Origin: an uncultured Burkholderiales bacterium | Lineage (GTDB): Bacteria > Pseudomonadota > Gammaproteobacteria > Burkholderiales > Burkholderiaceae_C | Direction: 5' to 3' | Length of the DNA: 38,547 nt | Assembly (NCBI GenBank): GCA_966252435.1 | Contig: CBINPE010000033.1 | Span: forward strand, 1 to 38,547 | Shown here: positions 18,062 through 23,859 of the stretch, in pieces | How the letters are laid out: every line of letters starts with the position of its first letter | Numbering within the stretch: position 1 is the first letter of the stretch | Notes under the pieces: model-generated | What the model was told of the DNA's origin: nothing | The model's input: only the letters and a program-made list of their open reading frames with translations | Databases searched by the model: none | Translations under genes and position numbers: made by a program

Positions 18062-18130
18062 CTGTCAGGAAGGATTCGAACCTTCGACCTACGTCTTTCC
18101 AGGACGTTGCTCTACCCAGCTGAGCTACAG
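18062..18130 (-). pseudogene. tRNA-like fragment / pseudo-tRNA
   Basis: The minus strand reads CTGTAGCTCAGCTGGGTAGAGCAACGTCCTGGAAAGACGTAGGTCGAAGGTTCGAATCCTTCCTGACAG. D-, anticodon- and T-arms are canonical, and the anticodon loop is CTGGAAA. The 3' acceptor strand CTGACAG has no complementary 5' strand. Instead it can pair with a downstream hairpin, gacag-gtatgt-ctgtc at 18051-18066. Confidence 0.4.
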
Positions 18131-18194
18131 TGGTGGCACCCCGGGAATCGAACCCGGCATCTCCTTGTGCAGGAGCCCCTCTCCAGAGGGCGCC
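18131..18194 (-). pseudogene. 64-nt tRNA-like minihelix with encoded CCA, not a canonical tRNA
   Basis: The minus strand reads GGCGCCCTCTGGAGAGGGGCTCCTGCACAAGGAGATGCCGGGTTCGATTCCCGGGGTGCCACCA. Acceptor-like ends pair (GGCGCCC with GGGTGCC), and a T-arm (CCGGG-TTCGATT-CCCGG) and CCA are present. The segment is about 10 nt too short to hold both D- and anticodon arms. It abuts the previous fragment. Confidence 0.35.
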
Positions 18195-18340
18195 GTTTCA
18201 GAACCCCACACCTTCAGGTGGCATGCCCCCAGCCGACCAGGACCGAATCCCGGGACCAGGCGCACCGGCGGGGCGGACGATCGTCCTAACCCCTGGCCTG
18301 TGAACGTGAAGGCGCATCAGGTTCCAAACTTGTCGCCCGC

Positions 18341-18916
18341 CTAACTCAGGCGGGATCCCTTGGGCAGGCGAGCCGCCAGCCACTCGTGCACGTCAGCCCG
18401 GATGTGCCTGCCTTCGAGCAGGAAGTTCTCGAAGCGGCTGGGCACATAAGGCAGGTACAGCAAGGGCATGCCGGCTTCCTCCGGGGTGCGGTCGGCCTTG
18501 CGTCCGTTGCACGGGCCGCAGGCCGACACCAGGTTCATCCAGCTCCAGCGGCCGCCGCGCGACTCCGGCAGGATGTGCTCGCACTGCAGCTCGCGCTCGG
18601 CAAAGCGCTGGCCGCAATAGGCACAGGTGAAACGGTCGCGGCGGAACAGCTTGAGGCTGCTAAACACCGGCACGATGTCGAACAGGTTGATTTGCGACGC
18701 ACCCGACAGGGCGATGATGGGATGGATCTCGATCACCGACTGACGGCCGGTGGCCGCGTTCCATCCGCCGCGCAGCGTGCACAAGGGGCCCGCGCCGTCG
18801 ACCCACGCCACCGCGTCGCGTGCGTAGTGCAAGGCGGCCTGTTCGCGGGTGATCCACGCTTGCGGCGTGCCCTGGATGTCGAGTTGCAGCACATGGGTGT
18901 GTGATTCAGGTTGCAT
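18341..18916 (-). CDS. HNH endonuclease family protein
   Basis: Start at MQPESHTHVLQLD (complement of 18914-18916), preceded by a strong AAGGAGG. C-terminal HNH zinc-finger signature (CAYCGQRF…EHILPESRGG…NLVSACGPCNGRKADR). The TAG stop lies inside a hairpin (cccgcc-tgagtta-ggcggg). Confidence 0.8.
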   Translation of the reverse strand: MQPESHTHVLQLDIQGTPQAWITREQAALHYARDAVAWVDGAGPLCTLRGGWNAATGRQSVIEIHPIIALSGASQINLFDIVPVFSSLKLFRRDRFTCAYCGQRFAERELQCEHILPESRGGRWSWMNLVSACGPCNGRKADRTPEEAGMPLLYLPYVPSRFENFLLEGRHIRADVHEWLAARLPKGSRLS

Positions 18917-18969
18917 GGGTTGCCCTCCTTTCTGCGGGCGATCGGTGGTGTCGATGCCATGCGCTTGGG

Positions 18970-19040
18970 GGTGACCGACCGGAGTCGAACCGGTACCTGT
19001 GGATTCACAGTCCACGGCTCTGCCATTGAGCTACGGCCAC
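18970..19040 (-). tRNA. tRNA-His (anticodon GTG)
   Basis: Minus-strand GTGGCCGTAGCTCAATGGCAGAGCCGTGGACTGTGAATCCACAGGTACCGGTTCGACTCCGGTCGGTCAC + C. The acceptor stem contains one G•U pair. Anticodon loop CTGTGAA. Position -1 is T rather than the usual encoded G. Confidence 0.8.
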
Positions 19041-19076
19041 ACCCAAGCACACGGGTGGTTGAACAAAGAAGAAAAG

Positions 19077-19152
19077 TGGTCTCGGCGGCAGGGCTCGAAC
19101 CTGCGACCCCGTGCGCCCAAGGCACGTGCGCTCCCAACTGCGCTACACCGAG
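19077..19152 (-). tRNA. tRNA-Pro (anticodon TGG), CCA encoded
   Basis: CTCGGTGTAGCGCAGTTGGGAGCGCACGTGCCTTGGGCGCACGGGGTCGCAGGTTCGAGCCCTGCCGCCGAGACCA. Clean cloverleaf. Confidence 0.9.
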
Positions 19153-19168
19153 ATGAAACAGGACAAAC

Positions 19169-19253
19169 TGGTCCCCTCGGTCCGAGTCGAACGGACATGC
19201 CTTGTGGCCACGGCTTCTGAGACCGCTGCGTCTGCCAATTCCGCCACGAGGGG
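19169..19253 (-). tRNA. tRNA-Leu (anticodon CAG), class II with long variable arm, CCA encoded
   Basis: CCCCTCGTGGCGGAATTGGCAGACGCAGCGGTCTCAGAAGCCGTGGCCACAAGGCATGTCCGTTCGACTCGGACCGAGGGGACCA. Confidence 0.9.
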
Positions 19254-19285
19254 ATGAATGAATGAATAAATCAGCGAATGAACAC

Positions 19286-19361
19286 TGGTCTCGGTGGCAG
19301 GGCTCGAACCTGCGACCCCATGCTCCCGAAGCATGTGCGCTACCAGCTGCGCCACACCGAG
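19286..19361 (-). tRNA. tRNA-Pro (anticodon CGG), CCA encoded
   Basis: CTCGGTGTGGCGCAGCTGGTAGCGCACATGCTTCGGGAGCATGGGGTCGCAGGTTCGAGCCCTGCCACCGAGACCA. Confidence 0.9.
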
Positions 19362-19371
19362 AAAAAGAAAC

Positions 19372-19448
19372 TGGTGCCCCGTGCACGATTCGAACGTGCG
19401 CCCCCCGGCTTCGTAGACCGGTGCTCTCATCCGCTGAGCTAACGGGGC
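19372..19448 (-). tRNA. tRNA-Arg (anticodon ACG), CCA encoded
   Basis: GCCCCGTTAGCTCAGCGGATGAGAGCACCGGTCTACGAAGCCGGGGGGCGCACGTTCGAATCGTGCACGGGGCACCA. Confidence 0.9.
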
Positions 19449-19469
19449 AGAAAAAAGAAAGCCATCATC

Positions 19470-19545
19470 TGGCGTCGCGTGCGGGATTCGAACCCGCGTT
19501 CCCGGAGTGAAAGCCCGGCGTCCTGGTCCCCTAGACGAACGCGAC
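19470..19545 (-). tRNA. tRNA-Glu (anticodon TTC), CCA encoded
   Basis: GTCGCGTTCGTCTAGGGGACCAGGACGCCGGGCTTTCACTCCGGGAACGCGGGTTCGAATCCCGCACGCGACGCCA. The D-arm (GTCTAG…AGGAC) resembles the E. coli tRNA-Glu arrangement. Confidence 0.9.
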
Positions 19546-19713
19546 AGAACGAAAAACTCCCATGACGGTTGTGCTCCAGCGCGAGTGCGGGTGACCCGCC
19601 CAGCGCCCTCGCTGCACGATGCCGATCTGTCCGGCAGCGCACATCCCGGCCACCCCGTGCTGAAGGGGGCTTGGCTCGACCGTGTGCTCGAACACACCCG
19701 TCATGAGACTGTT

Positions 19714-19789
19714 TGGAGCGGACACCGGGTCTCGAACCCGGGACCTCGACCATGGCGTGGTCGCGCTCTACCTGCTGAGCCATGTCCGC
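19714..19789 (-). tRNA. tRNA-Gly(GCC)-like with an atypical anticodon loop (ACGCCAT, i.e. A32-C33 instead of U33), CCA encoded
   Basis: GCGGACATGGCTCAGCAGGTAGAGCGCGACCACGCCATGGTCGAGGTCCCGGGTTCGAGACCCGGTGTCCGCTCCA. Perfect acceptor stem, U73, canonical 76-nt cloverleaf. Only positions 32-33 deviate from the usual loop. Confidence 0.65.
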
Positions 19790-19940
19790 TGAAAATTTGA
19801 GCCATGCGCAATGCCTGCGAGCGCGCAGCCCTCAGGCCCGCACACGGCTCGTGGTGCAGGCGGCCCACCCAGTTGTGGGATCACACCTGCGGCAAATTGT
19901 TAAAGAGCGTGGCGGGTGGCAGCACCACCCCAGACTTGAG

Positions 19941-19984
19941 ACAAAAAACAAAAAGGCCCGGATTCCTTGACAGGGATCCGGGCC
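19941..19984 (-). terminator. Strong Rho-independent terminator on the minus strand (stem ggcccggat/atccgggcc, then UUUUUGUUUUUUGU)
   Basis: Hairpin 19955-19984 read directly. The plus-strand A-run 19941-19954 gives a U-tract on the minus strand. The same stem sequence recurs at 37719-37745 on the plus strand. Confidence 0.75.
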
Positions 19985-20399
19985 TCGAAGAGAAATTCGA
20001 GTCGCAGGGTGTGCGCCTAAGCGCTCCCCATGCCCGGGTGCGGAAAATCCTCCTCCCAGCCCTGTGCGGCAAAGCAGGGTCGGCCAAGGTGGGCCGGATG
20101 CCGACTGGCGTTGGCCAACGTGACGCCGCCCAGCGTGCAACCCAGACCCGCCTGCTTGCCGGCGAACGAACGCAGGCCCTGGAAGGGCAGCAGACGTTGC
20201 AGGGAGGAGCGATTGGTTTTCACGATGGACTCGGTGGAAGTGAGGGATTGAAGAAGGGGTCAAACGAAGCTGCATCTGATGCAGCGAGATCGAACTGTAA
20301 AGATTCTTCACTTTTCGGTCAAGCACTTCTTCGTTATTTTTTTCGAAGGCGTGAAACGGCTCGTTAAGATCCCCGCTCCGCAGCCAGCCTTTGAGGACC

Positions 20400-20894
20400 A
20401 TGCCGACGCCCTGGGTCTCATCACTTGTCCATCGCAGCCTGGACCGCCTGTGCACCGCCTTCAGCCTGCTGGTACTCCCCCTCGCCACGCTGCTGCTGTT
20501 GCAATGGCCGCTGCGTGATGTGCTTGGCGCCTATTCGCGCCAGGCCAACGACATGGCCCAATGGGTCTTCGCGCTGTACGTGGCCGTGGCCCTTCGCCAC
20601 ACCACGCGGCAAGGCCGCCACCTCGCTGCGACGGCGGTGAGCACCCGCTACTCCGAGGCCTGGCGACGGCGCCTGGCACGCTGGGGACATGCCTTGGCCG
20701 TGCTGCCCTTCGCCATCTACGTGCTCGTCTCGGGGGCACTGATGGTGTGGCGGGCACTGCAAGCCACCGAGGCCTTTCCTGATACGGGCAATCCGGGCTA
20801 CTTCATCGTCAAACTCAGTGCGTGGCTGATGGCATTGCTGATGGCCCTGCAGGCCCTGGCCGACTTGGGCACCCCGCGTGCAGGCACCCCATGA
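20400..20894 (+). CDS. dctQ: TRAP transporter small permease (DctQ family)
   Basis: 164-aa hydrophobic protein with 4 predicted transmembrane segments. ATG at 20400 preceded by GAGGA. The stop overlaps the dctM start (ATGA at 20891-20894). Confidence 0.8.
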   Translation: MPTPWVSSLVHRSLDRLCTAFSLLVLPLATLLLLQWPLRDVLGAYSRQANDMAQWVFALYVAVALRHTTRQGRHLAATAVSTRYSEAWRRRLARWGHALAVLPFAIYVLVSGALMVWRALQATEAFPDTGNPGYFIVKLSAWLMALLMALQALADLGTPRAGTP

Positions 20895-22309
20895 ACGGCC
20901 TTTGGATGTTCGCCGCAGCGATCGTGCTGACGGTGTCGACGGGCCTGCCCGTCTATGCGGTGCTGCTGCTCGTGAGCGCGGCCTTCGCCTTGGCCGGCGT
21001 GTGCACAGGCGCCATCGACGCCAGCCTGCTGCAGGCGCTGCCGACGCGGCTGGTCGGCTTGCTGGAGCACGACCTGCTGCAAGCCCTGCCCTTGTATGCC
21101 TTGATGGGATCCTTGCTCAACCGGCTGCCGCTGGCCGGCGAACTGCATCGGGTGGGCCATCGGCTGACGGCTCGCAGCCCGGCGGCCGCCGAGCTGTCCG
21201 CCCTCGGCGTGGGCGCGCTGCTGGCGCCGATGAATGGCTCGGTGGGGGCCAGCCTCCATACGCTGTCGCGGCGGGTGGTGCCACAGGTGCTCCAGGCCGG
21301 AGCGCCGCCCGCGCAAGCCGCGGCCACCTGGTGCGTGGCCAGCACCCTCGGCGTCCTGATCCCGCCGTCCCTGGTGCTCCTGCTGCTGGGCGATGCCATG
21401 ATGCGCGCACACACGGAGGCCGTGAACCTCAGCGGCGCCGCCGTGCGCATCATCAACACGCAGGATGTGATGCACGCGGCGCTGTTGCCCGGCGCCCTGA
21501 TGCTGCTGTTGTCGATGGCCTGGGTGGCCTGGCGCGACCGCCATCGCCCACGCGGCGACGTGCGTGTGACACGCGGCCAGATCGCCACCACGGTGGGCGT
21601 GGCGCTGACCCTGGCCATCCTGCTGGGCAGTGTCGCGCTGGGACGCCTGTATGCCGTGGAGGCCGCCGCCACGGGCTGCGCCTTGCTCACGCTGTACGCC
21701 GCACTGCGGCGCCAGCTGGACCGCCCCCTGTGGCGTGCCGTGTTGGACGACACGCTGTCGCTGACCGGCATGCTGTTCGCGCTCCTGGTCGCCGCCACGG
21801 CGTTCTCACTGCTGTTGCGTGCCTTCGGGACCGACCATCTCATCGCGCAGGCCCTGGCGCTGCTGGGCGACCGCCCCTTGACGATGCTGGTGTGCGTGCT
21901 GCTGGGGCTGGTGGCCACCTCGTTCGTGCTGGATGCGTTCGAGATGATCTTCCTGGTGATTCCGCTGGTGATGCCCCCCGTGCTGAGGGTGGTGCCGGAC
22001 GCCGCATGGGTGGCCGCCCTCACGCTGCTGGTGCTGCAGGCCGGCTTCCTGCTGCCGCCCTTTGGCTATGCCGTGGTGATGGCCCAGGCCCTCAGCCCGG
22101 CACGGCCGGGCTGGCGCCCCCTGGCCCGCGCCTTGCTGCCGCACCTGCTGATCCTGCTGGGCCTGATCGCCGCCTTGCTGGCCTGGCCCGGCCTGGTCCA
22201 TTGGGGCCGCTCGGGAGAGGCCCTACCCACGGCCCAGGTCATGAGCGCGGAAGAAGCCGAGCGGCTGATGCAGCAGCAGGGCACGCAGCGCGACGAGGAA
22301 GCCCCATGA
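20891..22309 (+). CDS. dctM: TRAP transporter large permease (DctM family)
   Basis: 472-aa polytopic membrane protein. Start at MNGLWMFAAAIVLTV… Typical DctM length and hydrophobicity. No DctP binding-protein gene is adjacent. Confidence 0.88.
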   Translation: MNGLWMFAAAIVLTVSTGLPVYAVLLLVSAAFALAGVCTGAIDASLLQALPTRLVGLLEHDLLQALPLYALMGSLLNRLPLAGELHRVGHRLTARSPAAAELSALGVGALLAPMNGSVGASLHTLSRRVVPQVLQAGAPPAQAAATWCVASTLGVLIPPSLVLLLLGDAMMRAHTEAVNLSGAAVRIINTQDVMHAALLPGALMLLLSMAWVAWRDRHRPRGDVRVTRGQIATTVGVALTLAILLGSVALGRLYAVEAAATGCALLTLYAALRRQLDRPLWRAVLDDTLSLTGMLFALLVAATAFSLLLRAFGTDHLIAQALALLGDRPLTMLVCVLLGLVATSFVLDAFEMIFLVIPLVMPPVLRVVPDAAWVAALTLLVLQAGFLLPPFGYAVVMAQALSPARPGWRPLARALLPHLLILLGLIAALLAWPGLVHWGRSGEALPTAQVMSAEEAERLMQQQGTQRDEEAP

Positions 22310-22324
22310 GGGGCGCGGCGCGGC

Positions 22325-23356
22325 TCAGAGGTTGTTGCTCGCCGAGACCAGGTCGTTGTAGGCCTTGATGGCCTTCTCGACACTGCCTTCGACCATCCAC
22401 CCCGAGCCAGGCTTGAGCATCATGCGCTCGCCTTCGCTGTAGGGCACCCGGTCGCGGACACGGCGCACACGTTCCTTCGCGGCCTTGCGCATGTTCTCGG
22501 TGGCCGACTCGAAGAAGGTCCATTTCATCGACAGCTCCTCGCGATGCGCCTTGGCATAGGCCAGCGCCTCGTCGGTGATCTTCTCGTAGGCCGCCAGCTG
22601 TTCACCGGCCTTGGCAGCGTCGAAGTCTTCCTCGCCAATGGTGGCCGCTAGCTGCTTGGCCTTGCGCATCAGGGCCATCTGGAAGTAGGTCGCCTTGCGA
22701 CCCTCGGTCTTCTCGACCTCGGCCAGCTGGGCCTCGAGCACCGCGTCGTTCTCGGTCTCCAGCGCTTGCGAGAACGCCGTGCTGGCATGGCTGAAGGCAT
22801 CGAAACTGGCCGCCAGCAGCGTGTGCAGCTCCTTGCCCTTGGCGAACTTGTCGTCCTTGTAGTTCTCGCGGTCGTAGTAGGGGTAGGCCTCGGCCACCGC
22901 CTTGTCCAGGGCGCTCAGGGCTTCGATGTAGGCCTTGCCCGCCGCATCCAGGGTGGCCATCGCCGGCTTCATGGCAGCGGCCTGCGCGAAGGTCGTGCGG
23001 CACTTGGTCACGGCATCGCTGTTCATCGAGTACAGGCCGTAGACCACACGCTCCTTGCCGGTGGGACCGACCTTCATGTCCTTGACCCAGCTGCTGTAGC
23101 GCGCGATGGTGCGCTCGGCGCTGCCGTCCAGCTGGTTGAAGCAGTCGATGTAGCCATTGAGCTTGGCCGAGGCATCGGCCTGGGCAGGCGCCGCGGAAGG
23201 GGCGTCCGCCGAGCGGGACGCGCTCGGCGCAGCGGGTGCGCTGGTGTCGGCCTTTCGGTCGCAGGCGGTCAGCGTGACACACATCGCGACAGCCAAGACA
23301 AGGGACGGAGAATTGAAATTCATGACTTTCTTCGGGGAATGTAAAAAGGGAGGCAT
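22325..23356 (-). CDS. Lipoprotein, DUF3829/YiiG-like (tentative)
   Basis: Start at MPPFLHSPKKVMNFNSPSLVLAVAMCVTLTAC, with lipobox LTAC. About 320-aa mature protein, helical and rich in Ala, Lys, Glu. An alternative start lies 11 codons downstream (23323). Confidence 0.7.
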   Translation of the reverse strand: MPPFLHSPKKVMNFNSPSLVLAVAMCVTLTACDRKADTSAPAAPSASRSADAPSAAPAQADASAKLNGYIDCFNQLDGSAERTIARYSSWVKDMKVGPTGKERVVYGLYSMNSDAVTKCRTTFAQAAAMKPAMATLDAAGKAYIEALSALDKAVAEAYPYYDRENYKDDKFAKGKELHTLLAASFDAFSHASTAFSQALETENDAVLEAQLAEVEKTEGRKATYFQMALMRKAKQLAATIGEEDFDAAKAGEQLAAYEKITDEALAYAKAHREELSMKWTFFESATENMRKAAKERVRRVRDRVPYSEGERMMLKPGSGWMVEGSVEKAIKAYNDLVSASNNL

Positions 23357-23383
23357 TGTCACAGCCCTTCCCGGTCCCGCACC

Positions 23384-23851
23384 ATGCCTGCATTGCCCTC
23401 GCTTCGACCCAGCGGCCGCGACCAATCCCCGCGCCTGAAGGCCGGGCGGGCGCTGCAGTTGCTGTGGCTCCTCATCGCCACGCTGGCGCCTGCGGGCGCC
23501 CTGCCTGCCCCCGACGCCGATCCCACGGTGCAGGTACGGCTGCGCATCCCTGCCCTGCCGAAGGTGAAGATGTCGGTCCAGATCGGGGAGAACCGCTTCT
23601 ACCGCGTCGACAACCACGCGGGCCGCGCCAGCGTGCTGGACCTCGGGGCGCTGGAGCTGGGGTGGCAGACCTTCAGGCTCCATGACGTCCGCTTCTTGGA
23701 TGGCACCTCCGCGGTTCCGGCCGTGCCCCCCGCCCTGTCATGCAGCGGCGGCTTCGCCCTGGAAGCAGCGGCCGGCCAGCGCAAGGCACGGGAGCTCGCG
23801 CTGAGCATGCAACTCGACCCCGAGGGCCGGCTTCGCTGCACGATCCGCTGA
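23384..23851 (+). CDS. Hypothetical protein with possible signal peptide; start uncertain
   Basis: ORF MPALPSLRP…ALQLLWLLIATLAPAGALPAP… An alternative ATG at 23570 has a good Shine-Dalgarno (AAGGTGAAG) but would lack the signal sequence. The ORF lies only about 27 bp from the divergent lipoprotein start. Confidence 0.35.
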   Translation: MPALPSLRPSGRDQSPRLKAGRALQLLWLLIATLAPAGALPAPDADPTVQVRLRIPALPKVKMSVQIGENRFYRVDNHAGRASVLDLGALELGWQTFRLHDVRFLDGTSAVPAVPPALSCSGGFALEAAAGQRKARELALSMQLDPEGRLRCTIR

Positions 23852-23859
23852 AGCCCCCC

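Noticed and set aside
18040-18360. A two-piece (permuted) or standard tmRNA (ssrA) on the minus strand. The cue was the tRNA-like T-arm plus CCA at 18131-18194, and the fact that some Betaproteobacteria carry permuted ssrA.
   Set aside because: No tag-peptide reading frame ending in …ALAA-stop, or similar, could be found on either strand. The expected 5' part would lie inside the HNH coding region. The segment preceding the T-arm does not resemble tmRNA pseudoknots. It is better explained as a tRNA-like fragment.
19254-19285. Short AT-rich (GAAT)n-like repeat, gatgaatgaatgaataaatcagcgaatgaa, between tRNA-Leu and tRNA-Pro. Considered as a possible CRISPR or microsatellite.
   Set aside because: Only 3-4 units, with no spacer-repeat architecture and no cas genes in the window. 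It is an inter-tRNA spacer with a simple repeat.
19804-20488. ORFs 19804-20367 (+), 19832-20488 (-), 20017-20223 (-) and 20030-20251 (+) as possible genes in the tRNA-dctQ gap
   Set aside because: All have low-complexity Gly/Ala/Arg/Leu/Pro-rich translations and no Shine-Dalgarno. They overlap each other and the strong terminator hairpin. The region is treated as non-coding, possibly an sRNA; see findings.
20878-22368. 496-aa ORF in an alternative frame over dctM, and antisense ORFs 20953-22023 and 21806-22201
   Set aside because: They overlap the hydrophobic, well-formed DctM reading frame. Their translations are Arg/Gly/Pro/Ala-rich with no membrane character.
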